A stretch of DNA of 64,000 nt, taken from contig NC_045704.1 in assembly GCF_009834535.1 (NCBI RefSeq), positions 44,082,001 through 44,146,000 of the forward strand. The letters are read 5' to 3'. The notes beneath the pieces are model-generated. The model was given only the letters and a program-made list of their open reading frames with translations, had not been told where the DNA came from and did no database searches. Both the position numbers and the translations under genes were made by a program. Source of the stretch: Camelus ferus. Its lineage: Eukaryota. Position 1 is the first letter of the stretch. Each line of letters opens with the position of its first letter. Of the stretch, positions 1-13,738 are shown in pieces.

Positions 1-392
1 CAAATGCTGAGATTAGATAAGCTTATATGAATGAATTATCTAAATGACTACTAAGATTTTTCTACAAGCTGTGCCTAGAGGAAATAGGAGGAAGGGAACA
101 GGAGTGAAAGCTCAACTCTTCATATCTCTGTTTTCCAAATGGGCAGCTTGGTACCTTGATAGATGGGAAGGACAAGATCTAAGTGCTAGTATTCTGTCGC
201 TCCAGAAATAACTTGTGCCATGCAGGTTCTTTTAGTGTTGACACACAGTGCATACTAATGAGCTGCTGAAAAGAGAAACAATATTGATTTGAAAAGCTAT
301 TGAGAAAACTAATCTTAAGAGTTTGGGGGAATGGGGTTGTAGGAACATTTTGGTCACTTTTAAGTGTTAATGGCTAGTTTAATTGTTTAGAT

Positions 393-712
393 CCCTGGTT
401 CTCAAACTGGGATATGAATACCCTTAGGGTACAAAGTGGTATGATTCCGGGGTACTTGAAGCCACAAGATAAACATGACCCGTCTTCTTGGAGCTTCATT
501 TGTGCTCATTGAGGGGGCGGTGAGTTAAGTAATTTAACTGGTAAGTATAATTTTTTTTACATTAAAACAAATACATATTTTAGGAGCAGAATGTGAACTC
601 TGTATGACTGTCTTAAGGTAACACAGGTCTTCAACAAAATGAAGCATGAGTGCCTGGGAGTGAGAAGCCTTGTTTGTATAAGGTACTACAGTGGAAACAT
701 TTGAGAAGCAGT
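393..712. mobile_element. hAT-Charlie-type non-autonomous DNA transposon remnant
   Basis: Ends resemble hAT TIRs: CTGGTTCTCAAACT ... TTTGAGAAGCAGT. Confidence 0.45.
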
Positions 713-1504
713 ACTTTGAGCTATAGTTCTACCATCCAGTTCCTTACTTTGTCCCCTGTAGTATCTATTGTGGAATATATAGACGTTAAATTGTATTAAA
801 TGGTGCTTATTTGTGTGTATGAATGTTCCTACGCATGCCCAACATGCGCAAGAGCTGTGCACAGATTGGTAGGCAGTTCTAGATGGCTGAACCACGTCAT
901 CAAGACCTTTCCAATGATGCAAGAATTGTAATTTAAAAAGAGGAATAAATAAGCAAAATCAGGTCTAAAACTGTAAATTCTTTAAAACAGAATTTTGAAA
1001 ACAAATGTCACATTAACTCAAGCATAGTTAGCAGTTTATCCTAATTTTTGTTACCCCCCCCCTATTCAAGTTAAGTATTTAGAGTCATGATAAAATGGCT
1101 AAGTCCTAAACTGTGGACCTTGTGACTCCTAAGATAATTACTCAAAGGCATCTATTCCTAACTGTTTTGTATGTATACAGTTTCTAAGTATGTTACTAGA
1201 GTATTGCTCTTAATGTAAGTGGCACTTAAGAATTACATTTTCTATAATGACAATGCCTGCTCTTTGAATATAGGTTTTATATTTGAACCTAATTGATTGT
1301 AGACACACTGAAGGGTGACTTTCTCTGAAAATGATGTGAATTAGATCAACCCAGATATTTAGAGGTGCTCTAAATATCTGCAGTATTTATTGAACACTTG
1401 TAATGTGCTTGTTCCATACTTTGAACACTTACTTTCTACTTTGTGCCAGGTGCTGCATGAGGTACTGGGGATTTCAAGATGAGTAAGGAAAGGATCCTTT
1501 TCTT

Positions 1505-1775
1505 TTTCTTTTTCTTTTTTTTTTAACATTTTTTTATTGAGTTATAGTCATTTTACAATGTTGTGTCAAATTCCAGTGTAGAGCACAATTTTTCAGTTAT
1601 ACATGAACATACATATATTCATTGTCACATTTTTTTTTGCTGTGAGCTACCACAAGATCGTGTATATATTTTCCTGTGCTATACAGTATAATCTTGTTTA
1701 TCTATACTGCATATGCCTGTCAGTATCTATATACAAATTTTGAAATCCCAGTCTGTCCCTTCCCACCCCCAAAAT
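1505..1775 (-). mobile_element. 5'-truncated lineage-specific L1 3' end with 12-bp TSD
   Basis: T-tract, then TTTTTTATTGA...GTGCTATACAG...AATCCCAGTCT..CCCTTCCCACCC; TSD GATCCTTTTCTT at 1493-1504 and 1776-1787; similar to 15687-16078. Confidence 0.75.
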
Positions 1776-2155
1776 GATCCTTTTCTTAAAGGTCTTAAGT
1801 AGAGTATGGGTCAAGAGATCTGTAAATAAGTGTTGTAGGTGCTGTGATAAGTGTGTTCAAGATGCAGGGAGGAATGGTCAGTTACAGGAGTTAGTGAAAG
1901 ATGCTGGGAAAGACTTTCTGGAAGAGAGACTTTGATGTAGGTGTATCAGGAAATACGAAAGAAGCATAACATTTGAATTTGATCTTTTTAAAGGCACAAA
2001 GGCTTAGCCAGCCATGCTGCTTAATAGTGGTATGGCCTTGGGCAAGCCTATTATAGGTGACTTCCTTGTGCCTTCCTCTCCTCATTTGTAAAATGACATA
2101 CCTACCTTATTTGAGGCTTGTGGCAGTTAAAGAAGTATTGTTAGGAAAATATATA

Positions 2156-2365
2156 CAGTTGAACAATGTGGGCTTAAACTGCTCCGTCTACTTATATGTG
2201 GATTTTTTTCTATGGTAAATATTACAGTACTGCACAATCGACAGTTGGTTGAATCCACCAATGAAAATCTGGTGTATATTGAGGGCTGGCTATAAGTTAT
2301 ACTCAGATTTTAAACTGCATGGAAGGTTGGCACCCCTAAACCCTGCCTCCTTCAAGGGTCAGTTT
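2156..2365. mobile_element. TcMar-Tigger MITE (Tigger2/MER8-like)
   Basis: Left end TACAGTTGAACAA; right end CTTCAAGGGTCAGTT resembles CAAGGGTCAACTG. Confidence 0.55.
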
Positions 2366-2635
2366 TATGTTTGTAACTATTATGTGCTATATAGAGGTAA
2401 AGCAATGATTTTTAGACTTTAGCAGTAGTTGGATATTGTATATACTTTGCATTAAACTGAACAATAATGACCACCAGACAATAAAGAAGTTAAGTGAACT
2501 TAACTGGAACTTGTCAGAAAAACGGATGAGTAACATCCCATGTTGGGACTGATGTTCAACAACCACTAAACAAAGCTGATTGGGAAGACTATTAACCAGC
2601 AGAATGCTTATGAGAAGGTTTTTTTAAAATATAGT

Positions 2636-2980
2636 ACTTGGTGGGGGTAAGCAAGGAATTGGATGAAGGTGTTCAGAAGGTGCAAACTTCCAGTTATAAG
2701 ATGAATAAATACTAGGGGTGTAATGTGCAACATAATAAATATAAGTAACACTGCTGTATGTTATATATGAAAGTTAAGAGAATAAATCCTGAGTTTTCAT
2801 CATAAGGAAGAAATTTTTCTTCTATTTTTTAATTTTGTATCTTTATGAAATGATGATTATTCGCTAAACTTACTGTGGGAAATATTTCATGGTGTATGTA
2901 AGTTAAATCATTATGCTGTACACCTTAAACTTATGCAGCACTGTATGTCCATTATATCTAAATAAAACTGGAAGAAAAAA
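2636..2980 (+). mobile_element. L1 (L1M-type) 3' end
   Basis: ACTTCCAGTTATAAGATGAATAA...GCTGTACACCTTAAAC...ATTATATCT-AATAAAACTGG followed by an A-tail. Confidence 0.7.
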
Positions 2981-3338
2981 ATATAATACAAAAAATTGTT
3001 CTGGAAGAATAGCACAAAAACATTGTTTATGGAAGAAAAGTAAAGAAAAACGCAAACACTAACCTGGCACATAGCAGGAGCTCAATAAGTAATTGTTTGA
3101 ATGAATGAATGCCTAGGAAAAATGACTAAGTGGATAGATATCAAACACTGGTAAAAACAAAATAAAATAATAGTGTGAGGGTGGTTAAGTTTGGAATGAC
3201 TTTTCTTGGTTTTCTATAGTTTTATAACATAGTTATTTTATAATTCAAGTGGGTTTTTTCCTCAGGATTACCAAAATTTGGGAGTAACAATATTCAACAA
3301 AAGGGAACTAATTAAATTATGGTACATCTGTGTACAAA

Positions 3339-3486
3339 CAGTCCTCTGTATCTGCAGATACAACCAATTTTGATAAAGAGGTGACTATACTGTGCCATTT
3401 TATATAAGGGACTTGAGCATCTACAGATTTGGGTGTTTGGCCAGGAAGAGGGGTTCTATAATCTATGGATGCTGAGGGACAGCTAG
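3339..3486. mobile_element. MER2-like Tigger MITE
   Basis: ATATAAGGGACTTGAGCATCTACAGATTT and the terminal GGATGCTGAGGGACAGCT. Confidence 0.55.
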
Positions 3487-5978
3487 TAGAATGTTATGCA
3501 GCCATTTTATTATGTATAGAAATATATTGAAATGGAGAGATACTTGAGACATACTATATAAAAAATATGATCTCTTGTGTGAGAGTAAATATGTGTATAT
3601 ATGGGGTGAGGACTGTGGATATAAACCAGCATGTTTATGTAAGACTTACAGGCTTATATTCTTACTTATCTGAGTTTTCTCCTTTTATCTGTATTATATA
3701 ATTTTTAAAGGGAAAAAGGAATCCAGTACAGTAGGAAGTGGTACTAAAGCTTTCTGATAAATATAATGAAATTATAAAAGTAGTTTTTGCCTAGTTTACT
3801 CTGCCAGTAAAGCTAGACTAAAGAGCCTTACTGGAACAGTTACGGAAGTGCATGCAGGAGGAGGGCACTGACAGTCATGTATCTGCCCTAGTGGGAGAGG
3901 GAATCAAAGTTGCAGAGGCAGTTCTTAACAACTTTCTTCACTTAAATTTGGTCTTAAACTTTTTTCTTTGGTATCATCTGAGTAATGTTTAGTTTCATTC
4001 TTTGAAAGAATCTAATAATTGTAGAATTATACTAGAACCTATCGAACCCCTATACTTCTTTCCCCAGAGGTAAACACTATTGATAGTTTGGTGTGTTCCC
4101 TGGGGGTTTTTTCTTACACGTTTGTAAATGGCCATGTTCATATAATACAGTTTTTTGAACAAAATGTAATTGTGCTATGTAAGTATTCTGTGACTACCAC
4201 ATTTGATGTAAGGGACACGAAAGGGAATATTTCAAACAGTACGAAATGATAATAGTGAAAAGTAATAATTTCTTCCCACCTCTCAGTTTTCTTTCCCAGA
4301 GGTAATAAATATTATCACTTGCTCATATATTTTTCCAGAGAAAATTCTACGTATATATAAATGTGTATATCTATCTTTTTTTTAAAAACACAAATGGTCA
4401 CATACTATATACATTTTTCTGGGTATTTGAGTTGTTTTCAAACTTTTGCTGTGAGAGAAAGATGCTGTAGTGGATATCCTTGTGTACAGCTCTTTGGGCA
4501 CATGTACTAGTGTATCTGTAGGATAAATTCATAGAAGTTGAATTGTTTATGTATTCCTAGAAGAGGGAATGGCATGTACAAAGGCCCAGAGGCAGGAGAA
4601 GAGAAGCCTGGAATGTTCTGGATACTGAAAGCAATTCCGTATGATTAGAGCAGAGTGTATGAGGCTGGATGCATATCTGCTGATAGGGCCCTAAAGGACC
4701 CTGTAGGCCAGGTGAGGGTTTAGATGTCAACCTAAGAGTTTTCCCATTGGAAGATTCAGAAAGGAAGTCTCCTTGCTGATAATGAATTTACATTTTAAAA
4801 ATCTGTGGCCCCTGTGTGAAAAACAGGTGGTGAAGGAGCAAGAGGGAAAGGAAAGCAGGGAAGCTAGCTAGGAGGCCATTGTACTTGGCCAGTCGAGATG
4901 TACTGTGGACCTGGCTTAAGGAGGTAGGGGATCTCAGCAGAATTGGTGTTTGTCTAGTTTTGTTGTATTTGTTTTGTTTAACTAAGCAGGAATCCTATCC
5001 TATGTCCTCTTTTGTAACCTTTTTTCATGTTATATGTTAAATTTTCCTTGTTAGATACCCTGTGTTACTTCAGATTACTTCCTTATTGCTGTATAAGTTT
5101 TTGAACGTGTTCATTGTTGTTGGCCCTAGGTTTTTGCCTCTGATTCTTCATTTCTCCTCCATTCCTCATTGTATGAATTATTTCTAAAATAAGAAATTGA
5201 CTTGGAGTAAAAACTAAGTTAATTATAAATTTGAATACAGAGGTTTTTGGGATGTCTTTTATCTGTTTAGAATCTTTTTTTTTATCTTGTTCTTGATGTT
5301 TTCAGTAGTAGATATTTGCTGGTTTAGTGACTTCTAGATAAGCATACATTTTAGCTAATGGCTAAGTAGATTATCCTATCAAGAATATAGCTATAGCTAT
5401 AAGCATTTTTCACACTGAAATTAAATCCTCTATTTCTTATTTTGAAAGAGGTAGAAGATACACTAGCTTTCCCAACAAGGAAAGAGGAAATAAGAGTCCT
5501 AAAATGCCCTAGATTGGTGAGGGCTTTTGAAGAAAGCAGATATTTTGATGCTCTGTGTGTGTCAAGGAAGGGAGAGGGAGGATTATACCCTAACTTAGAG
5601 CAGCCTTTCTAGTTTAAAACATACCCTAATGGAGGGAGTCAAGAGCTGATCTGGTAGATTGTATCTTACATTTGTGGCATTTTTGCCTTATACAGTGATT
5701 GTTTAAATTTCTTAGACTTAAGATATAAAGTCTTTCAGAATGATGTGCATTAGCCATCTTTATCTAAAATAGGTTTCAGAGACTCTGCTTGATTTCTAGA
5801 TTACAGACAAGGGAACTGCAAAGCTAGAGAACTAGCTCTTGTACACAGCTTCCCTAATGCAATTGTTGAAATTTTCTGGGTTTTTTTTCAATCTGGAAAG
5901 TGGTGATATTTGTTATTTTCTTACCTGTAAGGATGAATCTAATTGATAACCTTGAAAAACTGTAGAATGTGGTAGTTG

Positions 5979-6100
5979 TTTTTTAATGGGGGAGGTACTT
6001 AGGTTTGTTTATTTATTTATTTAATGGAGATACTGGGAGTTGAACCCAGGACTACCTGCATGCTAGGCATTCACTCTACCACTGAGTTATACCCTCCCCC
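5979..6100 (-). mobile_element. tRNA-Ala(AGC)-derived SINE (vic-1-like), long form
   Basis: Reverse complement gives GGGGAGGGTATAACTCAGTGGTAGAGTG...CCTGGGTTCAACTCCCAGTATCTCCA, then the (TAAA)n AACCTAAGTACCTCCCCC tail and an A-tract. Confidence 0.85.
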
Positions 6101-6175
6101 TAAAAAAGTGCAGAATGTTAAAAACAGATGAAATTTTAAGTCATCTGGCAATCCCCTCTTCCCCCCCTCCCCCGC

Positions 6176-6258
6176 TTAACGGAGGCACTAGGGATTGAAT
6201 CCAGGACCTTGGGCATGCAAAGCTTGTGTTCTGCCACCAAGCTGTACACCCTGCCCCC
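6176..6258 (-). mobile_element. Diverged tRNA-derived SINE head (same family)
   Basis: GGGATTGAATCCAGGACC B-box complement plus a degraded A-box. Confidence 0.65.
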
Positions 6259-8064
6259 TGCACCCCCATTTTTCAGATAAGAAAGCTAAGAGGCAAAGTG
6301 ATTTATCCAGGGTCATGGGTGTAAGACAAGTGCTTATGCTTTTTTTTTGTTCTTCCCCAGATTGGCTCTGAATAGTCTCTGGATTTAATAGAATATCCTG
6401 CTGCATTTGGTTCTGTAACTAATTATTTGATATACATTTGGGTTTCTTAGATCTCGTTGACATACATCAGTGTATGTCTCTAGAAAAATAATGTGGAGAC
6501 TGTACATACTGCTCTCGAGTGTAGTATACTTTTGCACTGGCGTACACTAGGTTTTCAGTATGTATCTATCAGAATTTTTTTTTTTAACATTGCCATAGAC
6601 TTTAAAGATTATTCATGTGTACGATGTATTGCTAGGCTCTGGCTGTTGGTAATATTGGAACTTGGTATCTAATACCAGGGCTGTTAGGATTTTGAACTTA
6701 ATCTCTTTCTGTATAACTCAGGACTTTTTCAAAATCCTTCAATTATTTCTCTGTGATAAGAACAGACCATCCTTGAAAGCTGATGTTGGTTAGCACCCCT
6801 ATTTTTAGTAAAGTTCATTTGGACCACTAAAAGTTCAAAATTATTTCAGCGTACTTCTTTTTAGTTGTTTAGACAAACTCTGATATAACAGAACTCTGGC
6901 ATAGGATAGTCACTGTCACGTATCATAAAGTGGGTACAAGATACTTTACATTCACAGAGGCATGATACAGAACTATAACATAAGAGGACACTCTAAATGT
7001 TCTTAGTATTTATTGTGTTTCTGTTTTATTTGTATCTTACAACTTTCTGCTTGAGTTTACAAGTCTTTGTGTAGGTACATGTTGAGACTCTAAAGCAGTG
7101 GTGACTTGGTTTCATCTTGGGAATAAACTTTATTTTATAATGTAATTTTTTCTTTCTGACCCCTCGGCAGATAAGGCCTTTGCTCCTCTCTTCTTGTCAT
7201 GTCTTTAGGTATTTATAAATATATAGTTTCCCCCCCCCCCCCAATTTCTTTATTAAGCTTTTGCCTATGTTTCCTATTTTCCTGTTTGTTTCCTTATTTC
7301 TCAGGTGTAACCAAGTTGACAGATTACTTATTTTTATAATCTAATACTAGTTCAAAATAACATTTTGTTTCTTTTGTTGTTTAAACTTATTTATGTCTGT
7401 GTTCCTATGAATATCCTTTTTGTTTTTCAGATTTTTTTTGTTTTATCTGTTGAATAACATTTTATTATTTTATTATTACTGTTTTATGCTATCCTGTTTA
7501 CTCATTAAGAATGTCTTACTGTATTTTTTTCTTATAACTTTCTTGGTCTTTGTTCAGAGACCTTATATTGCCATTTATTATTATCATTATTGTGCCTTTG
7601 GTGTAGGTATGCATTGTTGAATTTAAGCTGTTAGCTTCTGATTTAACCTTGACCTTAAAGGAGACCTCATTTATCAAATAAAAATGATCTGTTCTACCAA
7701 GTAGCCTTCATGAGGGAGTAGTGGATTATAGAGGCCCTAAAGTAGTGGCCATGTGGTCAGTGAGATATACTGCAAAACCATGAGCTCACTCTATTTGATA
7801 TTGATGCTACCCATGATAAAGGTGAAATTTTAGGACTTCTTTCTTGAGTCAGACATTCCATTATTGTTTATATGGAAATTATATTAGTTTTGAGGTAGGC
7901 TTTTTGTTTAATGCAAATAAATAAACAAAACAATTCTTTGTTCTAAAGAGTGAGCCATAAATTCTAATAGGAGAAAACTATGGGTATTTGAGTAGTTTTG
8001 GTTTATGTAAATCTGCATTTAGGGTGAATTGTATTCTGTTGTATCTGTCTATTATATTTTAGGT

Positions 8065-8229
8065 CAGTCACTTCAAAGCCATAGTCAGCAGACATATATC
8101 AGAATCACCTAGGGACCTTTTGAAATAAGGTCTCTCCCACCCCAGACCTACTGAATCAGAATCTTTGGGATCTGTACATTTTAAAGCTCAGCAGGTGATT
8201 CTAATACCAGCCAGGTTTGGGAACCACTG
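8065..8229. mobile_element. MER5A hAT MITE
   Basis: ATCAGAATCACCT...CCCAGACCTACTGAATCAGAATCT...CAGGTGATTCT...TTTGGGAACCACTG. Confidence 0.8.
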
Positions 8230-9463
8230 CTCAGGTAGAATCTGTTCCAGAATCCAGAGATGTGCTTGTTAAATGTTCTGTACATTTTATACTGTGTGTA
8301 ATTCATACCTTTTTATAACATACTTCTATATTCAAGGTGATGGACTTATAGATCCCCAACCTTTTTCATATTCCCAGTGATGAAAGTCTGTAGGACTGTT
8401 CCAAAGGCAGTCTAATTCTGAGCTGCTTTCAGGGATGTGGACCTGGAACAAGGCAAGGAGGGATCCGATGGTCTCTGACATACAAGTCACCCTTGGGAGA
8501 ACAAGGAGAGGTGAGGCATTAGGTTACTGTATGCCAGCAAAAGTATCATTCAAGCTGTACAAACCAAAGAGGGTGGCAAGCATGTGCCTGGGAGGCAGCC
8601 TTCATTTGGTACTCTGGCACTAGGATGTTGACTACCAGGTTAAGCTTTGTCTTCTGTTTTATGTATATATGTTAAATAAGTGAAATGAACAGGCTGCCCT
8701 TAATGAGGATCTAGAACATAGTCTCTGAAACCAGGTCATAGTAATAAATTTAGAATGATTTAGTACAGTTCTACTTGAATTTCTTTGCACAAAATTTGTC
8801 TGATTCCATATATACTAAGTGTTGCCCATATACTGTTTCTTCTGCTAGAATGCTCCTCTCTAATGTAGTTTGCCTGGCAAGGTCCATCTCAACATTTAAG
8901 ATCCACCTTTAGTTATTCCTCTCCTTGAATCCTTCCTTTATCAACTTAAGCCATCCTTTTTGCCAGGGTGGTGGGAAGTATATTAACTTCTGTTATAGCA
9001 CTCTTTACACTATGTAACTCCTGTTTGTTCTCTTTCTCCCTGTCAGATGAGGCACTCCCTGAGAACCAAGCCCTGTGCAGTTAGGACTTTTTTTTTCAAG
9101 TAATTAAAAGGAGAATTCATCTCTCTATACACCAGCATCAGGAGCCTTTTGATTAAAGAATTACTGGCTTAGTATTTCATATTCTTTGTAGCAAAAGAAC
9201 TCTTTCACCTCCTTCTAGAGTTGTTTCACTGTTACCATTACAAATATTTTATTAGTTTGTATTTATTTCCTTATTTTCCTAGGTTCAAAGCTCTCAAATA
9301 GATCTTTTAAGTAGCTGTTAGAATAATTGTTTTGTTTTGACTGTACCTTTTAATATTAACAATTGGGAAGAGGGATTGTTAACAAAAACTGGGATGCTCT
9401 TAACTTTTTAACTTGAGATAAAATTTTATTTCCTTTTTAGTTACTTCCCCCCTCCACCCCTGC

Positions 9464-9516
9464 AGAGAGAAAGAGAAAGAAAGAAAAAAAGAAAGAAAAC
9501 GAACGAGCGAGCGAGC
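9464..9516 (+). repeat. Compound microsatellite (GA/GAAA)n grading into GAAC/GAGC
   Basis: AGAGAGAAAGAGAAAGAAAGAAAAAAAGAAAGAAAACGAACGAGCGAGCGAGC. Confidence 0.8.
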
Positions 9517-10371
9517 CCCAACTGCTCTTTTTAAGGTTTAAAGTTAATGGCACAGAACAGGGAAGAGAAAGGTATACATGTGACTGAGTAGGTGACTGCT
9601 ACTTTAGTAAAGGCTGCTTCTGCTTCCGGTCACCCTGAAATAAATGTTCACTAATATTTTTCTGCTTCTCAGACTGAGTCATCCTTTCCACTCAGCTATT
9701 CCCCATTCTTTATTGTAGTCTGCAACCTTCCTGGTATTCAACTGTTAATGGTCTTGATACTTTGCTTTGATGTATCAAGCTCTCAGATAAGATGATGGTG
9801 TATATATTTTCAGGAATAACAGTGTAAAATAGTTATTTTATTTGACTTTTAAAACCTAGCTTTTGTTCCAGGAGGGAGAATAATTTTTGTTACTTTTGGC
9901 TAGTGTTCTGCATCTAGTAAAAGCCAGCTTTTCCTCTCATTCTCAGGAGAAACTGATTACTTATTTTTAATTCCTTTTTTTTCCAGTGTCATAATGGCAC
10001 TTACTATTCTCTGTAGTCAGAATACTGGAATAGGTTTTTCAGTCTCCTGTGTAAAAACATTCTTCTATTTTAAAGATCTAGAAAAGAGAGAGCTATGAGG
10101 TAGCTCCTCTCTTCTCTGCCTTCTAATGATGTCTGATGGTTTATATTGAGCAGTCTGAAGGCAAGTTGTTAGGTAACCTCTATGTTAGACTGTTTCAGAC
10201 TTGCTGTGACTTACGGAAGCTCTTGGGGAGTTGGGGCTGCTGATTCTTGCCAAGAAGGTAGATGGTCTTCTGATCTGTTCCAGGAAATAAGCTGGAGTTT
10301 TTAGAAATCAGTTGTCCCTTGTAGAAAACGGTAGTATGTTAAACAAAGAGTTTTGGTGATTTTTATTGCAG

Positions 10372-10509
10372 TTTATTTTTTTTAATTATTTTTTTATGGG
10401 GGAGGTAATTAGGTTTATTTGTTTATCTTTAATGGAGGTACTGGGGATTGAACCCAGGACCTCGTGCTTGTTAAGCATGCACTCTACCACTGAGCTTTAT
10501 CCTCCCTCC
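10372..10509 (-). mobile_element. tRNA-Ala-derived SINE, long form, 17-bp TSD
   Basis: TSD AGAGTTTTGGTGATTTT at 10347-10363 and 10510-10526. Confidence 0.9.
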
Positions 10510-11190
10510 AGAGTTTTGGTGATTTTATTTATAAAACAGACTTCTGGGAATTGTCCTTCTTGACTGTCTTATTCTCAGGGACCATGTATTATTTTTAGTA
10601 CATGTATATTTTATAATAACCAGTCTCCCCAAATGACTGAATTCTGCAATGATGAGTATGAAAGGTTACTTTGGTGATTTTTCCCTTGAAAAATAATCTG
10701 ACACATTTGGTATGTAGCCACATAATCAGGTAAATTCTTAACATCTTTAAAAATTAGTATATACACAATTAGCTTTTATTTTTATGTGGCAGGATTTTTT
10801 TAAATCTTAATCTATAATTGTGTTGTTAGGACTTTTTATTTTGCACCACTTGAGAAATTACATAAACAAGCAATAAAAGAAATAAATTTATATGGTCAAG
10901 CTTTCACTTAGCATACAGATTTCATTTTTCCACGTTCCAGTTGACAGAATTGGGGCCATATCCAGGAATCAAAGAGAAAAAGTATCACCAAAAAAGAACA
11001 GAACAGCTTCCCGGCTGATCTCTCTTACTAGTCTGTCCAGCATATTGCTGCCAGACTAAATCTTCCTGAAATGAAGGCACAAAAACTCATGATGGTTGAG
11101 GGTTACTGAATCAATTCCAAACTCTTAAGCTTTGCTTCCAGAGCTCTGTATGATGTGTTTCTATACTTCCTTTTTTATAACTTAAAAAAA

Positions 11191-11330
11191 ATTTTTTTTA
11201 ACTTGGGGGATGGTAATTAGGCTTGTTTGGTTGGTTGGTTGTTTAGTTTTTTAAATGGAGGTACTGGAGAATTGAACAGAACCTCATGCATGCTAAGCAT
11301 GTACTCTACCACTGAAGCTATACCCTCCCC
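11191..11330 (-). mobile_element. tRNA-Ala-derived SINE, long form
   Basis: Same head and AACCTAATTACC-type tail as the other long copies. Confidence 0.85.
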
Positions 11331-12459
11331 ACTGTTCTCCATACTTTCCACCCACCCAACCTCACCTTTCAGGCATCTTCCACACAAGTGCCTAGTGTCT
11401 TATCCCCACCAGCTCAAGTAATCCCCTATTCAAAGTCTTCTCAACCTTGACCAGTGCAGACTGATCTCAGATTTATTTGTTTTGTTTTTGTTATTTTATT
11501 TGTTTGTAATGTACTGTTTTATGTCTCTGTTTTTTCCCCCAGATAGTCTATTAGCTTGTTAAGGACAGGAACTATGCCTTTTAGTTCTGTATCCTCTGTA
11601 ACAGTGAATATAGAAACAGCGTTAGGTAAGCAGCATACACTTAGTATTGGTGTCACTGTCATATAAAACCTGTATAAATGGTTCTTGCACATGACAAGAG
11701 CAGGAAGGGAACATGGAAAAGCAAAGCATTGTATGCTAAGTGGAAGCTTTACTATATGAATTTGTTTCCTTTATTGCTTCATTCTACAGATATTTGGTAG
11801 TGTATCAGGGAAGTCATTTTTGGGAAGAAGATTTTTCTAAGGTTTGTGATTAGAATTCTGATAAACTGAAAGGTCGTATATTCAGCTAACATGTATTCAT
11901 TGCCTTCTGGGGTGACCTATAAGGATACAGAGGAGTGTGGTAGCCAGCCTCTGTTTGCATTGTTTTATTTAATCTTTATGACAACCAGTGAAATGGATAT
12001 CATTATCTGTTTTATAGAAAAGGAAACAGGCACAAAAGGGTGGCGTATGTCACTTGAGGTCACATTGCTAGTAATTAAAACCAGAATTGGGATGCACGTC
12101 TCTGATTGGAGAGCCTAAGCTCTTAATGGCTATTCCATTCTATTTCTCCTGCCCTCTTTTTTTTTTTTAATATGGAATGAGCATTTTTCTCATTTTAAGT
12201 ATTATATTAAAACATGATTTTTATTATCTATGTAATATTCTGTTTTGTAGATGTATCATCATTTACCAAGTTTAACTATTCCCTTATAGTTGTACTTTTA
12301 AGTTGTTTATAATTATTCACTCTGATTAATAATGCCCTTAAAATCTTGGTGTTCATCTCTGATTATTTCTGGGCATAAAGCCTGAAGTGGAATTACTGGT
12401 TCACAATTTGAATATTTAAAAAAATTCATGATTCATATCACAACTTACCTTGCTGATTT

Positions 12460-13620
12460 TTTTTTCAATTGAAGTATAGTTTACTTACAATATTATATTA
12501 GTTTCAGGTGTACAGCACAGTGCTTTGATAGTTTTATAGATTGCACACCATAAAAAGTTAATATTCTTTACTCTATTCCCTGTAACTTTTTTTAAATAAA
12601 TGATAGTCCGCTTTTATTTCACCCACTCTCCAACCCATCCACCTCCTTTCTGGCAACCAGTAGATTGTTCTCGGTATCTGTGAGTTACCTGATTTCGCTA
12701 CTCCTTGACCAACATTGGAGGTTATCCTTTAAAATAGCCTTAGCAATCTAATAGAGTCACATTATTTTAATTTGTATTCCTTTTAGTGTTTAAGAGATTA
12801 GATTTTTTTTTTCTTATCATCTGCCATTTGTATTTCTTTGAGTATCTATTTGTGTCCTTTCCCCAGCATTCTCTTTTGGTGTTTGTCTTTTTATAAATTT
12901 TACAGTTACTAACATAATAAGGATGTTAATTCTTTGTCATAAATGCTGCAAATAATTTTGCTTGTTGACTATTTTCTTCAAGTTTTTTTATCTTTTAATT
13001 TTTTAATTTGTATTTTAAGGTGGTCAGAATTTCAGCAGTTTCCTCTAGGTACTTCTATTATTTATGCATCTAAGCAGAAAACCTTCCTCATTCTAAGATC
13101 AAAGGGTCATTCATCTGTATCTGTTCAAGTTTGGTTTTTGGATTTGTCTTTTTTTTCACTGTTAACATCTCCTTATCTTATTTAATAGACGGATTAAAGC
13201 TATAACTCAATATTTTTCAAGTATTTACGGTTTTTTGGCATCTTTTTATAAAATAATCCTCTTTTCCCAATTTTTAAAAGACAACGTTTTATACACTAGG
13301 GGTTGTTTCTGGATTCTGTGTTCTGTTTAAATTGTCTATGATAGTGACAGTACTACACTGTATTATTGTGGCTTTATAATATGTTAAAATTTGGAAATAA
13401 AAGATGGCCTTCATTTTTCAGAAATTTTGTTATCCTCAATGTCTTGTTTATTTTTCAGACAGATTTTGAAAATTATTTAAATAAAGTAGAAAGAATTAAC
13501 ATCTTTACAATGTTTGGCTTTCTGGGCATGGATATAGTAGTGTCCCTGTTTATTGAGGTCTCTTATGCCTCCTGGAAGATTTTCGTGATCTTCAAATAGG
13601 TCTGCAGATTGTGAATTGAG
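12460..13620 (-). mobile_element. Ancient degenerate L1 fragments (3' end plus ORF2 remnants)
   Basis: TTGAAGTATAGTT..GGTGTACAGCAC 3'-end motif and decayed ORF2-like antisense sequence; no intact ORF. Confidence 0.55.
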
Positions 13621-13644
13621 GTTATGTTAAGAATGGTGTAATGT

Positions 13645-13738
13645 GGGGATAAGGATATAGCTCAGTGGTAGAGTGAATGCATGAGGTCCTGGGTTCAATT
13701 CCCTGTACCTCTGTTAAAAAAAAAAAAAAAAGAAAAAA
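13645..13738 (+). mobile_element. tRNA-Ala-derived SINE, short form with an internal deletion and poly(A)
   Basis: GGATATAGCTCAGTGGTAGAGTG..GGTCCTGGGTTCAATTCCC followed by an A-tail. Confidence 0.85.

Noticed and set aside
8435-8623. Short ORF with nearby splice-like signals in the upstream intron
   Set aside because: No homology recognised, weak splice context and no supporting neighbouring exons.
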